Shown: positions 39,625-50,417 of the stretch, one piece after another
How positions within the stretch are numbered: the first letter of the stretch is position 1
Layout of the letters: the number at the start of each line of letters is the position of its first letter
Source: an uncultured Planctomycetota bacterium
GTDB taxonomy: Bacteria > Planctomycetota > Planctomycetia > Isosphaerales > Isosphaeraceae
DNA: 64,000 bases
Reading direction: 5' to 3'
NCBI GenBank assembly: GCA_963823665.1
Contig: CAWGMQ010000005.1
Span: 320,001-384,000 of the forward strand
Position numbers and translations under genes: made by a program
Notes under the pieces: model-generated
Database searches by the model: none
The model's input: the letters and a program-made list of their open reading frames with translations, nothing else
What the model was told of the DNA's origin: nothing

Positions 39625-40956
39625 ATGCCAACGAGAGAATCTCGACTGACCCGCCGATCCGTGCTCAGGCAATTGGCCGCCACCAGTATCGCTTTTCCAT
39701 TCGTGATGCGGGCCCACACAACGGCCGCCCCCAGCGAGACACTGTACCACGCAAGTTTCGGCGCGGCAGGGATGGCAGAAGCCGATATCGGGTCAGTCAC
39801 GGCCAGCCCGCAGGTCAAGCTTGTTGCCGTGGCCGACGTGGACAAGAGAAATCTCGACCGGATCAAGGAGCGATTCAAGGGCGTCAAGGTCTATCAAGAC
39901 TGGCGGGAGCTGCTCGATAAGGAGAAGAACCTCAACTCCGTAAATGTCTCCACACCGGACCACATGCACGCTTCGATCACCATGCGGGCATTGCAGCAAG
40001 GATTGAACGTCTACACCCAGAAACCGCTCACCCAGACCATTCACGAGGCTCGCCAGGTCGCCCGGCTGGCTCGCGAGAAATCCGCCGTCACCCAGATGGG
40101 AATTCAGATCCATTCCCACGAGGTGCACCGAACGATCGTCGCGACGATCCAGACCGGGATGATCGGCAAGGTGAAGGAAGTGCATAGCTGGAGCGGCAAG
40201 CACTGGGGTGACAATCGCCCCATACCCGACCGCAAGGATCCGGTTCCGGAGGGGCTGAACTGGGATTTGTGGCTCGGAGTCGCCGCCGAGCGGCCCTATC
40301 TGAAAGACTACTACCACCCGGGAGAATGGCGAAAACGCATCGACTTCGGCACGGGTACCTTCGGCGACATGGGCTGCCACATCCTCGACCCGGTTTTCAC
40401 CTCTCTGGCGCTGCCCGCGCCCAGGTCGATCCGCTCCGAAGGCCGTGCCCCCGCGGGCGGCAACTGGGGTCTCGACTCGCAAGTGCAGTACGTGTTTCCC
40501 GGAACGACGCACACGACCGAGACCCTGACGCTAGCCTGGTACGACGGCGAAAAGCGGCCGCCTCACGATGTGACGGCGCTCATCGGTAACAAGGCGCTGG
40601 CTGACCAGGGTTCGATCTACCTCGGGACCGAGGGCGTGCTCTACGCCCCCTACATCGATGCGCCCGAATTGCTTCCTGCCGAGAAATTCAAAGACGCAAA
40701 GCTGCCCAATCCTGGAGGTAATGACCACTATCTCCAGTTCGTCGAAGCTTGCCGCGGGAATGGCAAGACCTCGGCGCCGTTCGATTATTCAGGGCCGCTG
40801 ACCGAATCGGTCTTGTTAGGCTGCCTGGCGACCCGCTTCCCCCACAAGACGCTCGAGTGGGACTCGGTGAACCTGGCATTCACAAACGTTCGGGAGGCGA
40901 ATCCCTTTGTCCGGCGCGCGTACCGCAAAAGCTGGGAGATCCCCGGGCTCTCATGA
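39625..40956 (+). CDS. Gfo/Idh/MocA oxidoreductase with Tat signal
   Basis: TRRSVL; STPDHMH, YTQKPLT, WDLWLG, GTFGDMGCHILD. Confidence 0.92.
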   Translation: MPTRESRLTRRSVLRQLAATSIAFPFVMRAHTTAAPSETLYHASFGAAGMAEADIGSVTASPQVKLVAVADVDKRNLDRIKERFKGVKVYQDWRELLDKEKNLNSVNVSTPDHMHASITMRALQQGLNVYTQKPLTQTIHEARQVARLAREKSAVTQMGIQIHSHEVHRTIVATIQTGMIGKVKEVHSWSGKHWGDNRPIPDRKDPVPEGLNWDLWLGVAAERPYLKDYYHPGEWRKRIDFGTGTFGDMGCHILDPVFTSLALPAPRSIRSEGRAPAGGNWGLDSQVQYVFPGTTHTTETLTLAWYDGEKRPPHDVTALIGNKALADQGSIYLGTEGVLYAPYIDAPELLPAEKFKDAKLPNPGGNDHYLQFVEACRGNGKTSAPFDYSGPLTESVLLGCLATRFPHKTLEWDSVNLAFTNVREANPFVRRAYRKSWEIPGLS

Positions 40957-41049
40957 GACTCGGCGGGGGGAAATCGCCGCCACTCGACGCCTCGGGTACA
41001 ATATCTCGACGTCAAAGAGATCCCACCCGTGACGGGACTGATTGCGATC

Positions 41050-42379
41050 ATGAAATCACACATCACGACAGTGCAGGACGGCTATTCTGGCCCGAGAGGT
41101 TTTGTTGACGGTGATTGGCCAGAGCGGTTGAAATCGATCAGAGACGCGATGCGGGAGATGAGCCTTCAGAACGATCCTCTTCAGATGGTGCAGGCTTATG
41201 GCAGTCGCGTGCGACAGTGGATGCCGGCAGACCGATGGCTATCGCTGAGCCGGCGCGGGCTCGACTGCGCCTGAGTACCGGATCACGCGATCGAGCACAT
41301 GGACCGAGACGATCGACCCGTGGCATCAGAAGGAGCGGCTGCCGCGGTTTTCGGGGGGGTTCCTGGCGGAGTTCGTTTATGGCGACGAGCCACGGCTGAT
41401 CGATGACATCACCTCGCTTTTCGCGCCTGACGATCCAGCCAGGGATTACCTGGACGGGATGCGGTCGTTGATCGCGGTGCCGCACTACGATCAAGGGGAC
41501 GGGCTGAACATGGTCGTCTCGATGCGTGAAGAGCCGGCGTCGTTCGATCCGGAACGATTTCCTGAGTGGGTCTGGGTGAGCAGCCTCTTCGGCCGAGTCA
41601 CGCATAACCTGGTATTGCGGAATGAGCTCAAGCAGGCGTACGACGTCGTGGAACGCGAGCTCAAGGTCGTGGCTGACATTCAGCGCTCGCTCTTGCCGCA
41701 AGTGTTGCCGAAGATCCCGAACCTCGAGCTGGCCACGTATTATCGCACGTCGCGGTGGGCGGGCGGCGACTACTACGACTTCTTCGCGCTGCCCGACGGA
41801 CGGTGGGGGATTCTGGTGGCGGACGTGAGCGGCCATGGAACGCCCGCGGCGGTAATGATGGCGATCACGCACAGCCTGGCGCATAGTCTACCCGGCCCCG
41901 CAGATCCACCCGCGATCATGCTCGGTCATTTGAACCGGCAGTTGTCGATGCATTACACAGTTGCCAACGAAGTCTTCGTCACGGCGTTCTATGCGATTTA
42001 CGACCCGGGCGCACGCACGCTGAGCTATTCGAGCGCCGGGCATAATCCGCCCAGGCTCATCCGGTGCCGCGACGGTTCGGTGCGAGCGCTCGAGGAGGTT
42101 GGCGGGCCTCCCCTGGGCCTGATGGAAGACCTCGAATACGACGAGTCGACATTTGAGCTTGCGCCGGGCGATGTTCTGGCGTTTTACACGGACGGAATCA
42201 CCGAGGCCATGGATGCGCGCGGCAAGCAGTTTACACCAAGTCGTCTGGACGAGATTCTGAGCCGGTGTCATCTGACGGCCGCGGCAGTGATTGAAGACGT
42301 GATTAATTCGGTCGAGGAATTCACCGGCGGCCTGCCGCCGATGGACGACCGGACGCTGATCGTGGCGCGAGTGAGCTGA
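41050..42379 (+). CDS. SpoIIE/RsbU-type PP2C phosphatase with GAF-like N-terminus (frameshift near 41265)
   Basis: IQRSLLP, AGGDYYDF, ADVSGHG, AGHNPP, YTDGITE, DDRT; upstream frame LSLSRRGL / PEYRITRSSTW. Confidence 0.88.
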
Positions 42380-42415
42380 TCGTCTCTGGCTTCAAGGAAT
42401 CGGTGATCGACCTCC

Positions 42416-43099
42416 ATGACCAATTCAACGCACGCGATCAAGCTGGCGCCGTCCATTCTCGCGGCCGATCTGGCTCACCTGGGCGACCAAGTGGACCAGG
42501 TCGTCGCGCAAGGCGCCGACCGTATCCACGTCGACGTCATGGACGGGCACTTTGTTCCGAATATCTCCTTCGGGCCGGTGATCGTCAAATGGCTGAGGCC
42601 GCTCTGCCCGATTCCGCTTGAAGTGCACCTGATGATCTCCGAGCCGGATCGTTACCTCGAGGCGTTTGCCGAGGCTGGTGCCGACACGATGATCGTCCAT
42701 CAGGAGGGGGCATTGCACCTGCACCGGTCAGTGCAGGCGATTCACATGCTCGGCAAGCGCGCCGGCGTGGTGATCAACCCCGCTACGCCGGCCTCGGTGC
42801 TCGAAGAAATCTTGCCCGACGTCGAGCTGGTGCTGGTGATGACAGTCAACCCCGGGTTCGGCGGCCAGGAATTCATCGCGAGCACGCTTCCCAAGATCCG
42901 CCGGGTGCGCAAGATGATTGATGCTCTGGCAAAGAACATCGACCTTGAAGTGGACGGCGGAATCGAGCCGCATACAGCGCCACTGGTTGTGGAAGCCGGC
43001 GCCCGGGTGCTGGTGGCGGGCTCGGCTGTCTTCGGGGCAAGCGGCGGAGCAGCGGCCGGGATGGCAGCGCTCAGGGCGGCGGTGGAAATTCGCGCGTGA
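42416..43099 (+). CDS. rpe: Ribulose-phosphate 3-epimerase
   Basis: APSILAAD, HVDVMDGHFVPN, EVHLM, VMTVNPGFGGQ, EVDGGI, VAGSAVF. Confidence 0.97.
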   Translation: MTNSTHAIKLAPSILAADLAHLGDQVDQVVAQGADRIHVDVMDGHFVPNISFGPVIVKWLRPLCPIPLEVHLMISEPDRYLEAFAEAGADTMIVHQEGALHLHRSVQAIHMLGKRAGVVINPATPASVLEEILPDVELVLVMTVNPGFGGQEFIASTLPKIRRVRKMIDALAKNIDLEVDGGIEPHTAPLVVEAGARVLVAGSAVFGASGGAAAGMAALRAAVEIRA

Positions 43100-43139
43100 T
43101 GCACTGATCCAAGCGAATCGCGCTCGCGAGGCTCATGTA

Positions 43140-43406
43140 ATGCTCAAGATACGCCCTCGCATCTCGATCGCCGCGCTGATGGGGTTCGTCTGCATCTTCG
43201 GCGTGGGCCTGGCTGCGTTTCGCTATCCCAGTAAACTGTGGGGAAGCTTCCTGAACGACTTTCTCGTTACTCGGTCCACGTCGTTCGAGCTGATCGGGCA
43301 CGCGCTGCTCGCGCTGCTTTTTGCTTATCTGGGTGGCTTGACTGCCAGTCGGTTTGCGAAGCTGGGGGCAACGCCGGCTTCGTCGTCCGCCAGTGCTCCG
43401 GTGTAG
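43140..43406 (+). CDS. Small membrane protein, possibly internally shortened
   Basis: Two hydrophobic helices: RISIAALMGFV...; FELIGHALLALLFAYLGG. Confidence 0.5.
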   Translation: MLKIRPRISIAALMGFVCIFGVGLAAFRYPSKLWGSFLNDFLVTRSTSFELIGHALLALLFAYLGGLTASRFAKLGATPASSSASAPV

Positions 43407-43616
43407 CAGGCACACTCCGTGTGCCGTCCGCCGAAATTGCCGGTCTTGATGGATCGTGTGCGAGCCGAGTTCAGGGCGTGGTGCGGGTTCCGGAGGCTCG
43501 TTCGGACGGAAGGTCCGCAATACCGGACCCTACGGGGTGCGAGTTCTGGCGGGCGAACCTTGCATCGGGATACCGTATCTGAGACCGTGAGCGATCCTTC
43601 GGCGGAGATGCCCATC

Positions 43617-44519
43617 ATGAGCACACTCGAGCGCCTGACCGACCGCGGGCTCGTCAGGCCCCCGCGCTGGCTGCCGGGTAACGTCCAGTATGAGACTATC
43701 ATGGGCTCCGTTGCATACGGCGTCTCGGCCGATACGAGCGACATCGATGTCTATGGTTGGGCGATTCCCCCCAAGGACGACATCTTCCCGCATCTGCGCG
43801 GCGAGGTGCCGGGCTTCGGCACGCCACGGCCTCGCTTCGAGCAGTATGAAGAACACCACGTCCGCGACACTGACGCCCTCGCCGGCCACGGCCGCACTTA
43901 CGACTTGACGATCTATGGAATCGTCAAGTTCTTCAACCTGGCGATGGAAAACAACCCGAACATCATCGACAGCCTGTTCACGCCGGTGAACTGCATTCTG
44001 CACAGCACGCGGATCGGAAACCTGGTGCGAGAGAACCGCAGATTGTTCTTGCAGAAGGGAGCTTGGCCGAAGTTCAAAGGCTACGCCTACTCGCAGTTGC
44101 ACAAGCTGGCCAACAAAACGCCTCAGGGCAAGCGCGCCTTGCTCGTCGAGAAGCATGGATACGACGTGAAGTTCGCCTACCACGTTGTGCGGCTCTTGAC
44201 CGAGGTCGAGATGATCTTGATGGAAGAAGATATTGACCTCCAGCGCAACAACGAACAGCTCAAGGCGATCCGCCGGGGAGAATGGACCGAAGACCGACTG
44301 CGGGCCTGGTGTGCGGAAAAGGAATCGCAGTTGGAGAAGGTCTACGCCGAGAGCAAGCTGCGGACAACCCCCGACGAGCCAAAAATCCGGACGCTGTTGG
44401 TAAATTGCCTGGAAGAGCACTACGGGAACCTCGATGCCTGCATTGTGAACCCCGATCGTGCGGTTCAGTCTCTGCGCAACATTCAGGCGGAACTCGAGCG
44501 TGTGAAGGACATGTTATGA
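43617..44519 (+). CDS. Predicted nucleotidyltransferase (Pol-beta superfamily, PF10127/RlaP-like), copy A
   Basis: GSVAYG....SDIDVYG; NNPNIIDSLF; YDVKFAYHVVRLL; LKAIRRGEW. Confidence 0.82.
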   Translation: MSTLERLTDRGLVRPPRWLPGNVQYETIMGSVAYGVSADTSDIDVYGWAIPPKDDIFPHLRGEVPGFGTPRPRFEQYEEHHVRDTDALAGHGRTYDLTIYGIVKFFNLAMENNPNIIDSLFTPVNCILHSTRIGNLVRENRRLFLQKGAWPKFKGYAYSQLHKLANKTPQGKRALLVEKHGYDVKFAYHVVRLLTEVEMILMEEDIDLQRNNEQLKAIRRGEWTEDRLRAWCAEKESQLEKVYAESKLRTTPDEPKIRTLLVNCLEEHYGNLDACIVNPDRAVQSLRNIQAELERVKDML

Positions 44520-45292
44520 GCGATGTGTTAGCCGCCGACATCCTGGGCCGGCTGCGGGATGCAGTGAACACGCACCCTTACCCGCTCGTCTTTGCCACGA
44601 TCAGCGGAGCGCACCTGTACGGCTTTCCTTCGCCGGACTCGGATTATGACCTGCGGGGTTGCCACTTACTGCCCGTACGAGAGGTCCTCGGGCTCGACGC
44701 TGGGCGCGAAACGATCGAGCTGGAAACAAAGGACTCAGGCTTCGAGCTGGACCTCGTCACTCATGATGCCAAGAAGTTCTTCGGATTGCTGCTCAAGAAG
44801 AACGGCTACGTGCTCGAACAGGTGTACTCACCGCTTGTTATCCACACCACGCCGGAACATCAGGAGCTGAAGGAACTCGCCAGGAGTTGCATCACCAAGC
44901 ACCACAGCCACCATTACTTCGGCTTCGCCGAAACGCAGTGGAAGCTGTTCGAGAAGGAGCAGCCGCGCCGGGTGAAGCCGTTGCTCTACGTCTACCGCGT
45001 GCTCCTGACGGGGATACACTTGATGCGCACCGGCGAGGTCGAGGCCAACCTGGTGCGGCTGAATGCAGTCGCGCGGCTGTCGCAAGTTTCCGACCTGATC
45101 GATCGCAAGCTCGCCGGTCCGGAGCGTTCTGTTCTCGGCGATTCCGAGCTGGAATTCCATCAGCGAGAATTTGAGCGACTGCGAAACGAGCTTGGGACCG
45201 CGTTCCAGGGGAGCCAATTGCCGGAGACTGCGACAGGCAGAGATGCGCTGAATGATTTATTGGTGCGAATGCGGATCCGACAAGTGCTCTGA
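44516..45292 (+). CDS. Predicted nucleotidyltransferase (PF10127/RlaP-like), copy B
   Basis: SGAHLYGFPSPDSDYDLRG, DLVTHD..KF..LLLKKNGYVLEQ, KPLLYVYRVLLTGIHLMRTGE; ATGA overlap with copy A. Confidence 0.85.
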   Translation: MSDVLAADILGRLRDAVNTHPYPLVFATISGAHLYGFPSPDSDYDLRGCHLLPVREVLGLDAGRETIELETKDSGFELDLVTHDAKKFFGLLLKKNGYVLEQVYSPLVIHTTPEHQELKELARSCITKHHSHHYFGFAETQWKLFEKEQPRRVKPLLYVYRVLLTGIHLMRTGEVEANLVRLNAVARLSQVSDLIDRKLAGPERSVLGDSELEFHQREFERLRNELGTAFQGSQLPETATGRDALNDLLVRMRIRQVL

Positions 45293-45312
45293 TTCGAAAG
45301 GTCCATTCCGGG

Positions 45313-46338
45313 ATGGGGTCAAGCGGCAGGTCGTGGAAACTGAGGCCCAGTGCGTCGATGATCTCGTGCGGGCTCGTTATCGCTGCCAGCCTGCTTCCGA
45401 GCGTTGCCGGCGAAGCGGTGTGGGAAGGTCCCGGAACAGTGGCCTGCGCCGTGCTTTCGATAGGATTTTATGCCGGCGCTTCTGGCCCTCGAATCCGCGA
45501 ACGTTTCAGAGGCAACAATTCCTTGGAGGGCGATGTCGCAAAATCGACGTGGGCAGCTCTGTGCACCGCTGCATCCCTCGCGTGTTTCTTGTTGCTCGTC
45601 AGCCGATTCTCCTGGCTTGCGGTCGAGACCGGTCTGGAGGGGCGGACCGGGGCGGCGATCAAGATCTGCGTGGAATTGATGATCGGCGCGACGTTGGGTG
45701 GCGCAGTCGTATTGCTCGCAAAGAACCCGACGAGGCGCTGGTGCCGCTGGGTGATGCGCGGAGCGATCAGCGTGCTGGCCACATGCGCGATGATAGGAAT
45801 CGCTCTCTTCGTCGGCTGGACAGGCCCGCATGACCTGGCCGGTTATCCGGAGGCTCATGTGTCACCATACAGGTTGCCGTGGTGCGCAGGCATTCGGCTT
45901 CTTTGTGTACAAGGGAATCGCGCCGTTGTCAGCCATCGAAATTGGGAAGAATTCGCCTACGACTTCGTGATGCCAGTGGGCTCAGACGTCTGTGCTGCGA
46001 GGAGCGGCACGGTGGTGATCGTTGATGTCACTCTCGACGGGAATGGGCCGACCATGCCGAACAACCAGATCGTGATCGATCACGGCGACGGCTCGGCAGG
46101 GTGGTACCTGCACTTGAAACGCGACGGCAGCTACGTCACGGTTGGCAGCCGAGTCGCGCGCGGGCAAGTCATCGCTGCCAGCGGCAATGTGGGGCTCAGC
46201 TTGCTTCCGCACCTGCATTTCCAGGTGATGAATGCCGCAGGTGTCACCGTACCCATCACGTTTGCCGAAGTCTCGGGCGACGGAATCCCGCGGATGTTCA
46301 CCCGATACACGTCCGCCAACTCCGCACCGGGTTTCTGA
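45313..46338 (+). CDS. Membrane protein with C-terminal M23 peptidase domain
   Basis: TM helices; SH...AYDF.MPVG, YLHL, GNVG.S..PHLHF. Confidence 0.85.
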   Translation: MGSSGRSWKLRPSASMISCGLVIAASLLPSVAGEAVWEGPGTVACAVLSIGFYAGASGPRIRERFRGNNSLEGDVAKSTWAALCTAASLACFLLLVSRFSWLAVETGLEGRTGAAIKICVELMIGATLGGAVVLLAKNPTRRWCRWVMRGAISVLATCAMIGIALFVGWTGPHDLAGYPEAHVSPYRLPWCAGIRLLCVQGNRAVVSHRNWEEFAYDFVMPVGSDVCAARSGTVVIVDVTLDGNGPTMPNNQIVIDHGDGSAGWYLHLKRDGSYVTVGSRVARGQVIAASGNVGLSLLPHLHFQVMNAAGVTVPITFAEVSGDGIPRMFTRYTSANSAPGF

Positions 46339-46421
46339 GCGATTTACTCGTTCGCGACGGAGTACAATCAGCAATGACGACAGACGAGACTTGGGCCGTT
46401 CGCGCAAACTTCGACAAGCAA

Positions 46422-46994
46422 ATGTTCAGGATGAAACTGAAGTACGTCCTATCCATTGTTCTTGTGGTGATCGCCACCGTACTGGTTACGGTGTATTGGA
46501 TTGTCTCAACGACTCGCATCCAAAAAGAACACGCGGACGCCGTTGTGAGTATGTTTGGTGGCAACGAATCGCTGGCGATCGTTGCTCATCCAGAGAGAGT
46601 GGAGGCGTACCGCTTAGGCTTGCTCCCGGAGGGCATCGACTCGGACAAAGCAACGCTCGCCGATCACCCGATCACCGGTGGGCCGGTCAAGGTGCCACCG
46701 GCTGTCGGTGCGGAGCTTGCTCGCGTTCTAACGTCCGGAGAATCCTATGGCTGGGACTATGCCAAGGGCTGTGGTAACCCAATATACGGCGATGCAGTAT
46801 CCTTCCATCGTCCGCCAGGTCGCGTCGACGTATTGTTCTGCTTCAAGTGCGATGTACTCATGGTGGAGCGCGATGGTTCAATCACAGGCGGCGAGGATTT
46901 CGACGACATTCGCCCAATCCTGGTGCGATCCATCAAGCCGCTATTCCCAGGGGATGCCGTCATTCAAAGCCTTCACGAGAATCACGGAGGTTGA
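46422..46994 (+). CDS. Hypothetical protein with N-terminal TM anchor
   Basis: Hydrophobic N-terminus; KGC..P ... VLFCFKCD; start uncertain. Confidence 0.6.
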   Translation: MFRMKLKYVLSIVLVVIATVLVTVYWIVSTTRIQKEHADAVVSMFGGNESLAIVAHPERVEAYRLGLLPEGIDSDKATLADHPITGGPVKVPPAVGAELARVLTSGESYGWDYAKGCGNPIYGDAVSFHRPPGRVDVLFCFKCDVLMVERDGSITGGEDFDDIRPILVRSIKPLFPGDAVIQSLHENHGG

Positions 46995-47131
46995 GCGCCC
47001 TGGCCGCGACGAAAGTCCAGCACGATCGAGAAACGATCAGAATTCCCCGAAATTGGAAATTGCGCGGGGGGTGTTCGTGCTCAGAATAGGTAGTGGCGAG
47101 CAAATAAGTGCACCCGCAACCCGGTGAATGA

Positions 47132-50100
47132 ATGGCGGCACGGCAATCGGGGATCGTCCTGGGGCAGATCCACACGCTCTTCAACGAGGGCCGGATCGGC
47201 CACCTGACCGACGCACAACTGCTCGAGCGATTCGCCGTTCAGCGAGCCCAGGCGGCAGAGGCTTCGGAGGCGGCCGAAGCCGCGTTCGAAGCCGTTGTGC
47301 TTCGCCACGGGCCGATGGTCCTCGCCGTTTGCCGGCGCGTCCTTCGCGATCCGCACGAAGTCGAGGATGCATTCCAGGCCACGTTCCTCATCCTGGCAAG
47401 GCGCGCGGGATCAATCCGGAAGCGCAAGGTTCTGGGCGGCTGGCTGCGCAAGGTTGCGCACCGGGTCGCTGTAAGAACGCGAACGATGTCTGCCCGCCGC
47501 GTGCCGCTCGACGCGGATCGTTTGGCTTCACCGGCCGATGAGCCCGAAAGCATCGTCCAGCGCGAAGACCTGCGGACTGCCGTCCTCGACGAGGTGCAGC
47601 TTCTACCCGAGAAATACCGTTTGCCTGTGCAACTCTGCTACCTCGAAGGCCAAACACACGATGAAGCCGCGCGACGACTGGCCTGGCCGGTCGGCACCGT
47701 GCGCACCCGGCTGACCTGGGCCCGGGAACGCATGCGCACTCGCCTGACCAGGCGTGGACTCGCTCTTCCCGCCGGGTTCATCGGTGCGTCGCTGGTCACG
47801 CTCAAGTCGCGGGCTGACGTTCCGCCCGCGCTGGTCAAGGCGACTGTCGAAACCGCAATCGGCCGCGCCGCGGCCACCGCGATTACATCACTGACGACCG
47901 AGGTGCTGAAAGGAATGCTCATGTCCCAGCTCAAGCTGGTGATTCTCGCGCTTCTGTTGGGAAGCTCGCTTGCCGGATTGGTGTTGCCGCTCGTCGGAGC
48001 CCCGGTGCGGAAGTCCGATCGCACCGCTCGGACGGGAAACAATCGACCGGGCGATCAGCAAGCCGAGCAGCAAATCGACAACCCAGTGCCTCGCCAGGTC
48101 GAGACGGTATTCGTGCGCGTCGTGGACCGCACGACCAAGCGGCCTCTGCCAGCCGTGAACTTGAAGGTCTGGATCAACGGCAAAGTCGCCCGCGAGCATA
48201 CCACGGATGATTCCGGCCGGTTTGAGATCCCCTTGCCTGCGGATGACTCCGTACTCGTGTGGATCGCTGCGCGGCGTGACGGTCTGATCCCGCTCAGGGT
48301 TTACCTGCGGGCCCCCACCGCGCGGGAAACCGAGATCCCGCGATCCTATACGCTCGCGATGGAGCCGGGCACGTCGATCGGCGGCATCGTCCGGGATGAA
48401 GCCGGTCGACCGATCGAAGGCGTGAGCGTGAAGCTGTACGAAAACAGGCCAGACGATGGCGTACGGCAGGTCTACGACTTCGGTGCGATCAGCGCCCGTT
48501 CCGATCGGCAAGGGCGCTGGCAGATCGATCTTATCCCGGAGGGCTTCGACCTCGCACGGCTTCACTTCAGGTTCTCGCATCCTGAATTCCTGAGCTCGAT
48601 CGACGCCAACAATCAGCCGATCGCGACGCCGAAGGAACTGCGCGAGAAGAGCGCAGTGCTTGTGCTCCATCCTGGAATCGCAGTCAACGGCCGCATCCTC
48701 GATCGGGACGGGCGCCCGATTTCAGGGGCCACGGTTCGATTCGGCGATAATCAACCGGAGAGCTCGACCGTTTCGACCGATGCGTTCGGCCGCTTCCACG
48801 TCCGTAACGCCGTGCCGCGCGAGACCGTCGTGACTGCCCAAGCCGCGGGATACGCCCCGGAAATGCAACCCGTGAAGGTTCAACCTGGCCTCGCATCCGT
48901 CGAGCTGCGTTTGGGCCCAGGGAACACGATTCGCGGACGGGTCGTCGATCGCGAAGGCCATCCGATCGTCGGCGCCTTCGTCGGCCCGTTGCGGTGGAGA
49001 GGACATCAGACGTTAGAGGGTTGGGTCGAGACGGACGCCCTTGGCAAGTTTCGCTGGAATGGAGCTCCGAGCGACCCAGTTCTGGTGTCCGCGAACAAAC
49101 GCGGATACTCCTCGTCAGCCACCGAGATGAAGCCATCGGAGGACGAGCACGTCTTGACGCTGGCCCGTGCGTTACTCATCCGCGGCAGCGTGACGGACGC
49201 CCGGACCGGCCGGCCGATTGGCACGTTCGCCGTCGTTCCCAGCGTGCAGATGAACGGCACCATCACCGTATGGATGCCGGGCTTCGCCAAGATACATCAT
49301 GGCGGCCGCTACGAGTTTCCCGTAGAGGGCATGGGAACAGGGCCTCGCCGCGTGCGTATCGAGGCGGAGGACTATCGAGCTGCTGTCTCGCCGATGTACG
49401 CGAACGACGCTGGCGAGCAAGTCTTCGACGCCCGGCTCGAGAAAGGCGAGTGGCTCAAAGGCGTGGTCCGCGGTCGCGACGGTGCTCTACTTTCCGGGGC
49501 CGAGGTGATCGTCGTGGCGTTTCCGGGAATTGACGTCAAGGACGGCAAGGATTATCCTCGCGGCGACCACCCGCATCAATTGACTGGTCCCGACGGACGG
49601 TTTGCGTTCTCGCCGCCCGACGGGCCGTACCGGATCATCGCACTCCACGACCTGGGCTATGCCGAATCGACCGGTCCGCAGTTGGCCGAATCACACGTCC
49701 TCGCTCTCGAACCGTGGGGCCGAATCGAGGGAGTGCTTCGTGTCGGCGACAAGCCGCTGCCGCACGAGACTGTCGTCGCCGGCCTTGACGACCAGCGAAT
49801 CGACCTGCCGGGAATGGGCATCTCGAACGAAAGTCGGGCACAGACGGATAAGCAAGGCCGTTTTGTGATCGAGCGCGTTGTGAACGGCGAAGCGCGTGTG
49901 CACTGGCAGCCCAGCGTCGCGGGCGAACGGAACGCGCGCGGCCGTTACTATCAGCCAGCATTCCGAGCCGTCGGCCCTGGCCAGACCATTCACGTGGACG
50001 TGATCCAGGAGGGCGGCCACCCGCTCGTGGGCAAGGTCGTCCCGAGCGATCGTCCGGAAGTTCAGCTCGACCTGGCGGGGAGCGGCGCGTACCTCCTCCC

Positions 50101-50407
50101 GAGGGCGCCCGAAGTCCCCTTTCCACCGGGCTTGTCGGACGAAGAACGGCGCGAGTGGCTCAGCCGCTGGCGCATCTCCGAGGAAGGCCGTGAGTATCGA
50201 CACGCGCGCCGAGGTTTCGCGCATGGGCTCGAACTAAAGCCGGATGGAACGTTTCGGGTCGATGAAGTACAGCCCGGCGCGTATCAACTGCACGTTCGCG
50301 TCAAAGGGTTTGCAGAGCTGGTCCGCGATTTCGAAGTCGCCGAGCCACCTCAGGCGCGGAACGGCACATCGGTCGACCTCGGTACGCTGGCCCTGAAGCG
50401 ATTGTGA
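47132..50407 (+). CDS. ECF sigma-70 factor with TM segment and large extracytoplasmic carboxypeptidase-regulatory-like (beta-sandwich) extension
   Basis: HGPMVLAVCRRVLRDPHEVEDAFQATFLILAR, LPEKYRLPV.LCYLEGQTHDEAA..L.WP.GTV..RL; repeated G.V.D..G.PI.GA.V / TD..GRF. Confidence 0.9.
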   Translation: MAARQSGIVLGQIHTLFNEGRIGHLTDAQLLERFAVQRAQAAEASEAAEAAFEAVVLRHGPMVLAVCRRVLRDPHEVEDAFQATFLILARRAGSIRKRKVLGGWLRKVAHRVAVRTRTMSARRVPLDADRLASPADEPESIVQREDLRTAVLDEVQLLPEKYRLPVQLCYLEGQTHDEAARRLAWPVGTVRTRLTWARERMRTRLTRRGLALPAGFIGASLVTLKSRADVPPALVKATVETAIGRAAATAITSLTTEVLKGMLMSQLKLVILALLLGSSLAGLVLPLVGAPVRKSDRTARTGNNRPGDQQAEQQIDNPVPRQVETVFVRVVDRTTKRPLPAVNLKVWINGKVAREHTTDDSGRFEIPLPADDSVLVWIAARRDGLIPLRVYLRAPTARETEIPRSYTLAMEPGTSIGGIVRDEAGRPIEGVSVKLYENRPDDGVRQVYDFGAISARSDRQGRWQIDLIPEGFDLARLHFRFSHPEFLSSIDANNQPIATPKELREKSAVLVLHPGIAVNGRILDRDGRPISGATVRFGDNQPESSTVSTDAFGRFHVRNAVPRETVVTAQAAGYAPEMQPVKVQPGLASVELRLGPGNTIRGRVVDREGHPIVGAFVGPLRWRGHQTLEGWVETDALGKFRWNGAPSDPVLVSANKRGYSSSATEMKPSEDEHVLTLARALLIRGSVTDARTGRPIGTFAVVPSVQMNGTITVWMPGFAKIHHGGRYEFPVEGMGTGPRRVRIEAEDYRAAVSPMYANDAGEQVFDARLEKGEWLKGVVRGRDGALLSGAEVIVVAFPGIDVKDGKDYPRGDHPHQLTGPDGRFAFSPPDGPYRIIALHDLGYAESTGPQLAESHVLALEPWGRIEGVLRVGDKPLPHETVVAGLDDQRIDLPGMGISNESRAQTDKQGRFVIERVVNGEARVHWQPSVAGERNARGRYYQPAFRAVGPGQTIHVDVIQEGGHPLVGKVVPSDRPEVQLDLAGSGAYLLPRAPEVPFPPGLSDEERREWLSRWRISEEGREYRHARRGFAHGLELKPDGTFRVDEVQPGAYQLHVRVKGFAELVRDFEVAEPPQARNGTSVDLGTLALKRL

Positions 50408-50417
50408 CCTTGTCTCG

